A DNA stretch of 64,000 bases from a bacterium (GTDB lineage: Bacteria > Zhuqueibacterota > Zhuqueibacteria > Residuimicrobiales > Krinioviventaceae), in the NCBI GenBank assembly GCA_963693055.1, contig OY843751.1, positions 4,512,001-4,576,000 of the forward strand, in the 5' to 3' direction. Made by a program: the position numbers and the translations under genes. The notes beneath the pieces were generated by a model. That model was not told where the DNA came from, searched no databases, and was given only the letters and a program-made list of their open reading frames with translations. Positions 51,465 through 61,638 of this stretch are shown piece by piece (the first letter of the stretch is position 1; each line of letters starts with the position of its first letter).

Positions 51465-52353
51465 ATGAATTCTATTATCGATACAATTGGAAACACCCCC
51501 CTTGTTGAATTGAAAAATCTTTCTCCCAATCCATCTGTTCAAATATTTGCCAAGCTGGAAGGCACAAATCCCGGCGGAAGCGTCAAAGATCGTGCTGCGC
51601 TATATATGATCAAGGGCGCACTAGAACGCGGAATCCTCAAGCCGAACAGCATTCTCATTGAAGCCACTAGCGGAAACACCGGCATTGCACTTGCCATGAT
51701 TGCAGCAATCCATAAAATAAAAATTGAACTGGTTATGCCCGAAAATTCTACCCGCGAGCGTGTACTTACCATGAAAGCGTATGGAGCAAACGTGATCCTA
51801 ACACCTGCTGAACTCAGAATGGAAGGTGCTATCGATTATGTGAATAATAAAATTCAACAGCCTCATTACATCAAACTGGATCAGTTTGCCAATCCTGATA
51901 ACCCCAAGGCGCATTACGAAACCACCGGTCCCGAAATCTGGAGAGATACGCAGGGCAAAATAACCCATTTTGTATCAGCAATGGGCACAACCGGCACTAT
52001 TATGGGTACCTCCCAATATCTAAAGAAGCAATCCCAATCCGTTCAAATTATTGGTGTACAACCGCAGGACGGATCAACAATACCTGGCATTCGCCGTTGG
52101 CCACAAGAATACCTACCCGCCATTTATCAATCGGACAGAATTGACAAGATTCTTTCAGTATCTTCACAACAAGCCATTGCTATATCACAGTCATTAGCAC
52201 TAAAAGAAGGGGTTTTTTGCGGTATGAGTAGCGGAGGAGCAGTACATACCGCAATTGAGTTGAGTAAAAATCTGGATAAAGGGGGTGATCGTCAGCATCA
52301 TCTGCGATCGGGGTGACCGCTACCTGAGCTCCGATCATTTTCAGGACCGTTAA
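51465..52353 (+). CDS. cysM: cysteine synthase B, with a +1 frameshift near the C-terminus (assembly error or pseudogene)
   Basis: NPGGSVKDR, EATSGNTG, IPGIRRWPQEYLP; G5 at 52281-52285; removing one G gives GVIVSIICDRGDRYLSSDHFQDR* ending at 52353. Confidence 0.85.
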
Positions 52354-52367
52354 GCATAATAACCTGA

Positions 52368-52790
52368 TTAATGCGGCAATTTTCCTCTCAACAACGCATA
52401 AAGATACGCTCCCAACACCGCTCCAACCAGTGTGAAAATAGCAGGATACGCCCCTGTTCCAATTTGCGCAAACACAGGTCCAGGACAAGCACCCGTTATT
52501 GCCCAGCCCACACCAAAAATCAATCCACCAAAAACAATCCCCTTGTTCCAGGGCTTGCCCTTGAAACTCAATACATCACCACTCAACGACTTAACCTTGA
52601 GTGCCTTTAATATCCAGACAGACATCATAGCTACGACAATTGCAGAAGAGATGATCAAATACATATGCGCTTCTTTGAACAAAAACATATTTCTGATCCT
52701 GAACCAGCTCATCACTTCAGACTGGACCAGTACAATCCCAAAAGCGATCCCCAAAATCATATATACAAAATTTTTCATAACAGGCCTCAA
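52368..52790 (-). CDS. YeeE/YedE family sulfur transporter, small subunit
   Basis: GGLIFGVGWAITGACPGP; 4 TM. Confidence 0.85.
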   Translation of the reverse strand: MRPVMKNFVYMILGIAFGIVLVQSEVMSWFRIRNMFLFKEAHMYLIISSAIVVAMMSVWILKALKVKSLSGDVLSFKGKPWNKGIVFGGLIFGVGWAITGACPGPVFAQIGTGAYPAIFTLVGAVLGAYLYALLRGKLPH

Positions 52791-53254
52791 AGATTAACAA
52801 CAATAAACGTATAAATTAAACCACCAAAAAAGAATGAAATCGTTGCAAGAATGCTTGGCGGATTCAGTAACGCAATACCGGTTATCGCATGCCCCGATGT
52901 ACACCCATTGGCATAGCGGGTACCAAAGCCTACCAGCAATCCGCCAATAAATAATTGTAAATATCCCGAACTGGTAAAATACTCGGGAGGCAAAAACGCT
53001 CTATTTCCTGAAGATAAAAAATGGACTGCTATAAAAGCACCCAATAAAATGCCCAAAGTAAAATAAAATTTCCATCCATTCTTTTTTGCATCATAATTTA
53101 AAATACTCACCTTGGATTTGGGTAGCACTGTTGAACAGATATGCATAAAAGAACTGGAAATCCCAAAAAATTTATTACCTACCAGCAGCATCAGTGGCAC
53201 AAACAACCCAATAATAGGACCGGCAATGTACCAGGGTAAAACGTGTCCATCCAT
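52787..53254 (-). CDS. YeeE/YedE family sulfur transporter, small subunit
   Basis: PWYIAGP, GGLLVGFGTRYANGCTSGH. Confidence 0.85.
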   Translation of the reverse strand: MDGHVLPWYIAGPIIGLFVPLMLLVGNKFFGISSSFMHICSTVLPKSKVSILNYDAKKNGWKFYFTLGILLGAFIAVHFLSSGNRAFLPPEYFTSSGYLQLFIGGLLVGFGTRYANGCTSGHAITGIALLNPPSILATISFFFGGLIYTFIVVNL

Positions 53255-53255
53255 T

Positions 53256-53678
53256 TCAAACCTCTTTACTATTTATTTCAACTGACCAGGTAATATTTAC
53301 TGTTGATTTCAGCATTTCATAAACTGAACAATACTTTTCCACAGACAAAGCAATAGCTCTCTCAACTTTATGTGGGTCCAGCTCGCCCGACATCAGAAAT
53401 GTCATGTGAATATCTGTAAACACTTTGGGAATTTCTTCACGTCGTTTCCCATCTACTTCAATATCCAGATCTTTGAGGCCTTGTCGCTGTTTTTTTAAAA
53501 TATGTACCACGTCAAAAGCACTACAGCTCGCCAGTCCCATCAAAATCATCTCCATAGGGCGAATACCGTCATCTGTCCCACCAATGACTGATGCAGCATC
53601 AAGCCTGGCAGATACTCCGGAAGCACCTGTAGCAGAAAATTGAAAAGCATCATTTATTCGTTTTAATTGTACTTTCAT
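53256..53678 (-). CDS. OsmC/YhfA family protein
   Basis: RPMEMILMGLASCSAFDV…EKYCSV two-cysteine signature. Confidence 0.9.
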   Translation of the reverse strand: MKVQLKRINDAFQFSATGASGVSARLDAASVIGGTDDGIRPMEMILMGLASCSAFDVVHILKKQRQGLKDLDIEVDGKRREEIPKVFTDIHMTFLMSGELDPHKVERAIALSVEKYCSVYEMLKSTVNITWSVEINSKEV

Positions 53679-53693
53679 AAATTCATTATCCTG

Positions 53694-54860
53694 CTATTTC
53701 GATTTTTCCAACGCCTGTTCAATATCAGCAATTATATCATTTACATCTTCCAAGCCTACCGAAATCCTCAACAAACCTTCCGTAATACCTACCTGTTCTC
53801 TGTCTTCTTTACTTAATTTTGAATGTGTAGTAGTTGCCGGATGCGTAACAATCGTCCGGGTATCACCCAAATTTGATGTCAATGACAACATTTCCAACGC
53901 ATTAATAAACTGTTTTGCCTGCCTGGCTCCTCCCTTTGGCCCAAAAGATACCATTGCTCCACCCATTTTCATTTGTTTTTTGGCAAGTTCATATTGTGGA
54001 TGCGAAGGCAGAAACGGATATCTTACAAATTCAACATGTTTATTACTTTCTAGCGCATTCGCCAAAGCCATTGCACTCTCACAATGCGCTTTTACTCTCA
54101 CAAACAGGGTTTCAAGGCTTTTCGATAGCAGCCATGCATTAAAAGGTGACATGGCAGGACCAGTATGTCGGGCAAAGAACCGAACAGGCGCAATTACTTT
54201 TTCACTCCCAACAACAACGCCCCCAATGATTCTCCCCTGACCATCTATCAATTTGGTTGCAGAATGCGTCACCAGATCCGCGCCAAACGCTACAGGATTT
54301 TGCAAAACAGGTGTCGCAAAGCAGTTATCTACATTTAACAATAGATTATACTTTTTTTTGAGTGCCCCCAAATATTCGAGATCAATTAAATCCAAACCAG
54401 GATTAGAAGGAGTTTCCACAAAAATCATACGTGTATTATCCTGTATCGCACCTTCCCACAATGCAGGATCATCACTCCCAACAAAGGTATGGGTAATTCC
54501 CCATCTCGGTAAAATTTGTGTAATAATCTGATACGACGATCCAAACAACGCCTTTGATGCTACAATATGATCGCCATTATTTAAAAATGCAGCAATGCCA
54601 CCAAATATTGCCGCCATGCCAGATGCAAATGCAAAGCCATCCCCTACTCCCTCCAACATTGCCATCTTTTCAATAAACTCTGAGTTATTGGGATTAGAAA
54701 ACCTCGAATAAATATTTCCATCCTTTTGTTCAGTAAATAGCATTTCACCGTGCTCCGCATCATCAAACACAAAACTGGATGTCAGAAACAATGGTGATGA
54801 ATGCTCATTGTATTGACTGCGGGGTAACTGCCCATGAATGGCTTTTGATTGTTTGCGCAT
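53694..54860 (-). CDS. metZ: O-succinylhomoserine sulfhydrylase (trans-sulfuration family)
   Basis: FLTSSFVF, YSRFSNP, ETPSNP, DNCFATP, HSATKLIDGQGR, LRISVGLED. Confidence 0.8.
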   Translation of the reverse strand: MRKQSKAIHGQLPRSQYNEHSSPLFLTSSFVFDDAEHGEMLFTEQKDGNIYSRFSNPNNSEFIEKMAMLEGVGDGFAFASGMAAIFGGIAAFLNNGDHIVASKALFGSSYQIITQILPRWGITHTFVGSDDPALWEGAIQDNTRMIFVETPSNPGLDLIDLEYLGALKKKYNLLLNVDNCFATPVLQNPVAFGADLVTHSATKLIDGQGRIIGGVVVGSEKVIAPVRFFARHTGPAMSPFNAWLLSKSLETLFVRVKAHCESAMALANALESNKHVEFVRYPFLPSHPQYELAKKQMKMGGAMVSFGPKGGARQAKQFINALEMLSLTSNLGDTRTIVTHPATTTHSKLSKEDREQVGITEGLLRISVGLEDVNDIIADIEQALEKSK

Positions 54861-54995
54861 TTTACTCCTTCGCTCTAAATACAGGAAATACAGTAGGAAT
54901 TATAACATTTAAATAATAATAACCATGTTACAACTTTAATTATTTCGGCATTGACAATTTAAACTGAATTAAAACATCAATTTACATATTTATCA

Positions 54996-55011
54996 TGGCA
55001 CAAAAATTGCT
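54996..55011 (+). promoter_or_regulatory. sigma54 (-24/-12) promoter
   Basis: TGGCACAAAAATTGCT, canonical GG-N10-GC, 47 nt upstream of ATG 55059. Confidence 0.75.
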
Positions 55012-55058
55012 ATTCCTGATGTATACTATTAAGATAATTTTTAAGGAAAAACATCAAG

Positions 55059-55646
55059 ATGGATAAAGATATATTCACTGCGACGCAAAAATTTTATTTA
55101 AAGGCTCAGTCTTTGGATGAATTAAAAAAAGTGTTTGGTAACCAGATAATCGCACTTACAAATGCAAACCTAAAAAAAATAGCAGTTTATAGCGAGTTGG
55201 GCGACAAGGGCTTTCTGGCATCATTGTTCAACAAAAATGACAAAGAAAATGAAATTTGCACCCAACTTACGATTCGATCAATTGCAATTCTTTTAAATTC
55301 ATTCAGAGCAATTTTGCATGATGGTTTGACAAAGCATACTACAGATTCACTTTACAAAGAAATTGTTTCCTACATCAGTGGCAAACTTCCTTCTGAAAGT
55401 AAAATCAATATTAAAGACAGAAAAGAGTTTGCACGTGATTTATATCGTGAAATTTCTCATCATACCGAGCCCAAAACAGCAGAAACCGTTAAAAACGACA
55501 TGAAATATCTCAGTGAAGTATATCCCGGCAAGTTTACGCAATCAGAAATGATTAGACTTCAAAAATTTGTTACCGATGGTTGGGTACCTCTTTATCCGCA
55601 TACATTTATAACTCAATATAAAAAACTTTACAATCGTAAAGACTGA
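55059..55646 (+). CDS. hypothetical protein (soluble, predicted helical)
   Basis: 195-aa ORF with AAGGA RBS, own promoter and downstream terminator; no recognised motif. Confidence 0.7.
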   Translation: MDKDIFTATQKFYLKAQSLDELKKVFGNQIIALTNANLKKIAVYSELGDKGFLASLFNKNDKENEICTQLTIRSIAILLNSFRAILHDGLTKHTTDSLYKEIVSYISGKLPSESKINIKDRKEFARDLYREISHHTEPKTAETVKNDMKYLSEVYPGKFTQSEMIRLQKFVTDGWVPLYPHTFITQYKKLYNRKD

Positions 55647-55662
55647 CCAATGACACACTCCT

Positions 55663-55695
55663 AAAAAAAAAGCCGACAAATGTCGGCTTTTTTTT
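55663..55695. terminator. bidirectional rho-independent terminator
   Basis: A9-GCCGACA-aa-TGTCGGC-T8. Confidence 0.9.
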
Positions 55696-58117
55696 ATTCA
55701 TACTTTATAGAGTCAACAGGGTTTGCTTGAGCGGCCCGTATCACTTGCCAACTTATGGTTATCAACGCAACGGCTAACAGAATCGTTCCCGAAAAAATAA
55801 AAGTAAATATACCAATATTGATCCTGTAAGCAAAATTCTCAAGCCAGTTGTTCATAAAATACCAGGCAAGTGGCCAGGCAATCACATTAGCTACAAGAAT
55901 CCACTTTAAAAAATCCTTAATTAGCAGTAAAACAACATTTACTACAGAAGAACCCAACACCTTACGGATCCCAATTTCTTTGGTTCGCTGCATTGTAGTA
56001 AAAGATACAATACCAAACAACCCCAAACAGGCTACAAATATTGCCAATACAGAAAAAACAGATAATACATGGCCTGCCTGTATTTCAGATTTATACATCT
56101 TGCCAAATTCATCGTCATAAAAAACATAATCCAACGGTTGGTCAGGCACATACTGTACCCATTGGTTTTCAATATGCTTTAAGGTTTTCTGAATATTCCC
56201 CCCTCTCAATTTGACAGAGAGTAAATAAGCAGTCCTTTCTTTTATCATTACAGAGGCCATGGGTTTTATATCATAATGTAATGAAGCCAAATGAAAATCT
56301 TCAAAAACACCAATAATTTTCAAGCGTGTACGGTTTCTGCCCAACAAGTACAAGTCTTCCTGCTGCCAGTTTTCAATATTCATTGCTTTTATTGCGGCTT
56401 TGTTCAATATGACACCTTCTGCATCTGCAGGCCGGGTTTTATCAAAAAACCGTCCTTCCGCCATTTTTACATCATATGTTTTTTGAAAATCATAATCAGA
56501 TAAAATTGTAATCAATGTGTAATTCTGATTCGCTTGCGGACGCTCAAACACTTTAACCTCAAGGCGCATCTGTGGCACACAATCTGTAAATGTTGCGCTT
56601 TTGATATTAGAGTCCGTTAACAAACTGTTTTTAAATGCTTCCCGGTTCGTCAGAGATTCAGCGTTTTGGATCACCACAATCTGGTCTTTATCAAAACCCA
56701 GTTCTTTGGTTTGAAAATATTTCAATTGATTATAAATAACAAGGGTACCAATGATTAATGCAATAGAAGCCACAAACTGAAAAATAACCAGTATATTCCT
56801 GAATTGACCACCATGTGTACCTGCCATATATTTTCCTTTGAGTATCAACGCCGGTTTAAATGAGGATAAAACCAATGCGGGATAACTGCCCGCAATAGAT
56901 CCTATAAACACAACGCTTAGTAACAGCAAGGGAATAAACATAACATTTTGAAATAATGTAAAAGGTATCGCTCTTCCCAACAGCTGACTAAATACAGGCA
57001 ATACCAGAACAACCACGATTAATGCAACAACAACAGCAATAAAACATAATACAATGGTTTCAATTAGAAATTGCACAACCAGATGCATGCGGGTGGACCC
57101 CACTGCCTTGCGTACACCAATCTCTCGTGTTCGTCTGGCCGAACGACTGATTGCCAGATTGATAAAATTAATACATGCCACAAAGAGAATTATTATAGCT
57201 ATTGCAGAAAATATATAAACTGTTTTAATATTGCCGCCTGGCTCCAAATTGTTCTCTACTTTGGAGTACAAGTGAATTTGCGTTAACGGTTCCAGAAAAA
57301 AAGTATATTCGTATCCGTTTGCGAGAAACTCATCCCATGCTAAACCGGTTATCATCTTAATTACCGGCTCTGCATGTTCCCGCGAAAATCGATCAAGCTT
57401 TGCCTCCAATTGACCTGATGGATAATCTTCAGGAAGGACTACATACGTTAACACCGCAGTGTCGTACCAATCCGTATCTCTGCTTTTCTTTAAACTGGAA
57501 AATGAAGCCATAAAATCGAAATGGAAATGCGAGTTAACCGGTAGGTCTTCTGCGATAGCGGTGACTTTATACAAGGTTCCGTCTTCAAATTTCAGCATTT
57601 TTCCAATGGGGTTCACGTCCCCAAAATACTTTTTCGCAGTTTCAGGAGTTATCATAACCGAATTGGGTGAATTTAATGCGGTTTTAGCATCTCCCGTAAG
57701 CACCGTAATATCAAATACATCAAATATCGTTGAATCGGCCCACACAAAATTCTTTTCGCTATATTGCTTATCCTCATATCTCACATAAACGTTTCCGCCA
57801 TACAAGCTGATGCTGTAAAGTCTCGTAGCAGCTAATACTTCGGGGAAATCGCTCAACATTGCTTCTGCAAGGGGACACGGAGCCAATGCGGATTCAAATT
57901 CATTTACACCCACATGAAACCGCCAGGGTACCTGATAAATCTGGCTGGCTTTGCTGTGAAACCGATCGTAGCTCAATTCGTTACGTACAAATAATAAAAT
58001 CAACAAACAACTTGCCAAACCAACACTTAAACCGACAATATTGATAAGTGAATAGCTTTTATACTTAATCAGATTTCGGTAAGCTACTTTGATATAATTG
58101 ATCAGCATTTCAATCAT
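55694..58117 (-). CDS. MacB/FtsX-type ABC transporter permease (duplicated MacB_PCD+FtsX)
   Basis: NYIKVAYRNL, ACINFINL…REIGVRKAVG, RTKEIGIRKVLG, NPVDSIKYE; start 58117 or 58108. Confidence 0.9.
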   Translation of the reverse strand: MIEMLINYIKVAYRNLIKYKSYSLINIVGLSVGLASCLLILLFVRNELSYDRFHSKASQIYQVPWRFHVGVNEFESALAPCPLAEAMLSDFPEVLAATRLYSISLYGGNVYVRYEDKQYSEKNFVWADSTIFDVFDITVLTGDAKTALNSPNSVMITPETAKKYFGDVNPIGKMLKFEDGTLYKVTAIAEDLPVNSHFHFDFMASFSSLKKSRDTDWYDTAVLTYVVLPEDYPSGQLEAKLDRFSREHAEPVIKMITGLAWDEFLANGYEYTFFLEPLTQIHLYSKVENNLEPGGNIKTVYIFSAIAIIILFVACINFINLAISRSARRTREIGVRKAVGSTRMHLVVQFLIETIVLCFIAVVVALIVVVLVLPVFSQLLGRAIPFTLFQNVMFIPLLLLSVVFIGSIAGSYPALVLSSFKPALILKGKYMAGTHGGQFRNILVIFQFVASIALIIGTLVIYNQLKYFQTKELGFDKDQIVVIQNAESLTNREAFKNSLLTDSNIKSATFTDCVPQMRLEVKVFERPQANQNYTLITILSDYDFQKTYDVKMAEGRFFDKTRPADAEGVILNKAAIKAMNIENWQQEDLYLLGRNRTRLKIIGVFEDFHLASLHYDIKPMASVMIKERTAYLLSVKLRGGNIQKTLKHIENQWVQYVPDQPLDYVFYDDEFGKMYKSEIQAGHVLSVFSVLAIFVACLGLFGIVSFTTMQRTKEIGIRKVLGSSVVNVVLLLIKDFLKWILVANVIAWPLAWYFMNNWLENFAYRINIGIFTFIFSGTILLAVALITISWQVIRAAQANPVDSIKYE

Positions 58118-58793
58118 GATCGACCTTGACCTCTTTTTCTAAATAACCGTCCAGTAAATGGATTATTCTGTCACCATATTCTGCTTTTTTCTCATCATGC
58201 GTTACCTGAATAATGGTTGTACCGTCTTTGTTCAACTGCTTCAACATTTCCATAATCTCAGTGCCCTGCTTTGAATTCAAATTGCCGGTAGGCTCATCCG
58301 CCAATATCAATTTGGGATTAATTATCATGGCCCGGGCCACCGCAACCAACTGCTGTTGGCCGCCGCTCAACTGGTGTGGGAACAGATCTTTTTTCGCAAC
58401 TATATTAAACCGGTCAAGCATATCTGCTACCAGACTTTTTCGCTCGCTGCCCTTTACTTTTTTGTACAACAGCGGAGTTTCCAGATTCTCATATACTGTC
58501 AGTTCATCAATAAGATGATAAGCCTGAAACACAAAACCAATATTTTGCTGATGCAATGCCGTACGTTTTTTTTCATTCAACGCGTGTACAGCTTGATCAT
58601 TGAAATAATATTCCCCTTCAGACATGTCATCCAGCATCCCGATTATATGCAGCAATGTGGATTTACCCGCACCGGAAGGTCCCATAATAGTCACAAACTC
58701 ACCCTCCTCAATCTCAAGGTCAATATCCCTCAGCACCCAGGTCTTGACAAACTTGTTGGAATAGTATTTTTCAATATCTTTTAATTTGATCAT
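58110..58793 (-). CDS. ABC transporter ATP-binding protein (LolD/MacB-like)
   Basis: [29 protein letters not shown]. Confidence 0.95.
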   Translation of the reverse strand: MIKLKDIEKYYSNKFVKTWVLRDIDLEIEEGEFVTIMGPSGAGKSTLLHIIGMLDDMSEGEYYFNDQAVHALNEKKRTALHQQNIGFVFQAYHLIDELTVYENLETPLLYKKVKGSERKSLVADMLDRFNIVAKKDLFPHQLSGGQQQLVAVARAMIINPKLILADEPTGNLNSKQGTEIMEMLKQLNKDGTTIIQVTHDEKKAEYGDRIIHLLDGYLEKEVKVDHD

Positions 58794-59032
58794 TCCATTT
58801 CTCCATATTTTTCTTTTACTTTATTTGCATAATTCATTTTTCATCTGGTTCTCAGTATTCATTAAAATCATCAATTATTCAAATACAAAAATTCATTTAA
58901 ATTATAAAGTTTTTGTAAATCTAATCAGTTAATCTTACTGATCACTAATAACTGACAACTGAATACTATTATTCATCTCCCGTCTGTCCTTTACCGTCTA
59001 CCCTCGGCTCCTGAGCTTGTAAAAAGGACAAA

Positions 59033-61486
59033 TTACTCATACCTCAACGTAACCACTGGCCGAATCAAAAGCACCTTAATAACCTGAGCGCTGATGGCCG
59101 CAAATGCAATGATCAGGGCCCCGGCAACAGGCAATATGAAAAGGAAAATATTCAAAGGCGACCGGTAAGCAAAATTCTCAAGCCATATTTTAACAACAAA
59201 CCAGGAAACCGGCACTGCAAACAAACCCGCTATAAAAACCAGGAAAATAAACTTTTTGGCCAATAAATAATAGACCTGGCTCAATGATGCGCCCAGCACT
59301 TTACGGATGCCAATCTCTTTTGTCCGTTGCTGTACAATAAATGACGCCAGCCCACTTAATCCCGTACAGGCTACAAATAGTGCAATCAATGACACAAATC
59401 CCAGCAACCTCCCAGCCTGGATCTCTGAATGGTATTGCCGGTCATAGTCCTCATCCAGGAAAAATCCTTCCAAAGGAATGTCAGGGTACATTTCTTTCCA
59501 TCTTGAGCTCACAAAATCCAAAGTTGAATGCACATCCTGATCCAGCATATTCAAAGTCAGATAATTAAATCTGTACCCGGAATGCTCAATAAATAAGGGT
59601 TCCACCTCTTGCTGCATGCCTTCATAATAGAAATCCTTTACTACGCCAACAATCTCTTTTGCCCGCTGATACGGTGTATAACATTCCTGCCAAACAGTTC
59701 CCACAGCTTCCTGAGCAGATTCAAATCCCAATAACGCTACGGCAGATTCGTTAACGAGTATCCCGCCGTTTTTATCACCTCTATCCTCCATCATAGCACG
59801 TCCGGCAACTACCGGTATCTGATAAACATTTACAAAATCACAATCACCGTCAATAAAACTCAACTGCCGGGAAGGATCATGTCGTTTTCCAGGTACACGT
59901 AAATTATTTTTCAAAATAGACCTGCCAGGAATACCGGATGATACAGTCGAGCCAGTGATCATGGGATGTCTGGCCATCTCCGCTTTCAAGCTCAAATAAT
60001 CTTTGCTTAATTTCCTGTTATTTCTGAATGGGATGATATATTTTTGTTCCTTACTGAAACCAAGCTCCTGGGTTCTCATAAAATCCAATTGACTGTGCAT
60101 AGCAAGCGTACAAATCGCAAACAAAATTGAAATCACAAATTGGGCGATCACAAAAAACCGTACAAACCCGGAACCCTGCTTACCGGACACTTTAACCGAT
60201 TTAAGGACGGTAACTGGCTTTAATAAAGACATAATAAAAGCGGGATACAAACCGGCCCCCAAACCGACACTTGTTACAAGCACAAAAAGTGCAATAATCA
60301 CATTTCGCTCAAGTAATGGATAAAGGTCAAGGTCTGCGTTTGCCATTGAATTAAATGGCCCCACAAAAAGTCCTGCAAACAATAAAGCGATTGCAAATGA
60401 AATGACCGCAACAGCCATTGATTCACTAATAAACTGTCTGATCAATTGACTTCGTGTAACACCAAATGTTTTTTTTACCCCCACCTCGCGGGAACGTCGA
60501 ATCGAAAGCGTTGCGGTCAGGTTGATGTAATTCAAACATCCTATCAACAAGATCATTACTGCAATAGACGCGTAAATATAAATAAATAAATATTGGCCGG
60601 GCGGCTCAAGCTCTTCAGCTTCTCCCCCTATACTGAAACCGGCCAACCGGGATTTAAAATGGATATCTTTAACAGGTTGTAAAAAATAATTACGCTCTTG
60701 TTTCCAGGCATTCAGTTTTTCACCATAATATGTGTATGCAAGCCTTTTTATTTGATCTTCAAACATTAACGCATCAACGCCCTCTGATAATTTAACATAG
60801 GTATAAGCTGAACTGTTGTCCCACCCTAGAAAAGATGAATTGTTTGCAAACAATTCTGCCGAAGCAATAATGTCAAATTTAAAATGCGTGTTCGAACGTG
60901 AATTTTCAACAACACCCGTTATCTCGTAATCTAACAAAGGGGCCCCATTATCAGAACGTCCGCCAATTGTGGGATCAAGTAATTGAAACCGTTTCCCAAC
61001 AGGGTTCTCGTTGGGGGAATACATATCTGCAATCTCTCGTGTAATTACCGCGGTCCGAGGTCGAAGCAATGCGTCCTTAGCGCGTCCTTTCACAAACGGT
61101 ATGCTGAAAACATCAAACAAAGACGGGTCCGCGTAAAATAACCTCTCCGGAAAAGAGTGCTGCTGGCCGAATTTAACCATACCGTTTCGTATACGATAGA
61201 GCCTCGCTGTCTGGTCAACTTGAGGGTAGTCATCAAGTATCTTGCCAACCAACGGCGAGATCCTTGCTTTTCTAAAATGCCCGGCGGGAACAGTCCGATC
61301 TTCTGCGATGCGATATATATTATCTGCATTATCATGAAATGCATCATAAGCTAGCTCATTGTGAACATATAAAAAAATTACGATACAGCAAGCCATACCC
61401 AAGGCCAAACCAGATATTTTTATTAAAGAAATATACTTGTTCCTCAATATATTTCGTATTACTATTTTAATATCATGACCAATCAC
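59033..61486 (-). CDS. MacB/FtsX-type ABC transporter permease
   Basis: GCLNYINL…REVGVKK, RTKEIGIRKVLG, PVVTLRYE; GTG start after GGAGG. Confidence 0.9.
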   Translation of the reverse strand: MIGHDIKIVIRNILRNKYISLIKISGLALGMACCIVIFLYVHNELAYDAFHDNADNIYRIAEDRTVPAGHFRKARISPLVGKILDDYPQVDQTARLYRIRNGMVKFGQQHSFPERLFYADPSLFDVFSIPFVKGRAKDALLRPRTAVITREIADMYSPNENPVGKRFQLLDPTIGGRSDNGAPLLDYEITGVVENSRSNTHFKFDIIASAELFANNSSFLGWDNSSAYTYVKLSEGVDALMFEDQIKRLAYTYYGEKLNAWKQERNYFLQPVKDIHFKSRLAGFSIGGEAEELEPPGQYLFIYIYASIAVMILLIGCLNYINLTATLSIRRSREVGVKKTFGVTRSQLIRQFISESMAVAVISFAIALLFAGLFVGPFNSMANADLDLYPLLERNVIIALFVLVTSVGLGAGLYPAFIMSLLKPVTVLKSVKVSGKQGSGFVRFFVIAQFVISILFAICTLAMHSQLDFMRTQELGFSKEQKYIIPFRNNRKLSKDYLSLKAEMARHPMITGSTVSSGIPGRSILKNNLRVPGKRHDPSRQLSFIDGDCDFVNVYQIPVVAGRAMMEDRGDKNGGILVNESAVALLGFESAQEAVGTVWQECYTPYQRAKEIVGVVKDFYYEGMQQEVEPLFIEHSGYRFNYLTLNMLDQDVHSTLDFVSSRWKEMYPDIPLEGFFLDEDYDRQYHSEIQAGRLLGFVSLIALFVACTGLSGLASFIVQQRTKEIGIRKVLGASLSQVYYLLAKKFIFLVFIAGLFAVPVSWFVVKIWLENFAYRSPLNIFLFILPVAGALIIAFAAISAQVIKVLLIRPVVTLRYE

Positions 61487-61638
61487 ATATCCTCCGGAAT
61501 AGCATTTAGGATTACAATTTAAATAACTTTTAAAAAAAGGATATTCATTAGAGATTACGACATTTTTTTAATTTTCATTAATGTTTTCGCTCTCATTTCA
61601 ATATCTTTTATAAAAATTTCAAGTTTAAACTATGAGTA

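Noticed and set aside
52180-52488. 102-aa minus-strand ORF
   Set aside because: Antisense to cysM and out of frame within yeeE; no motif.
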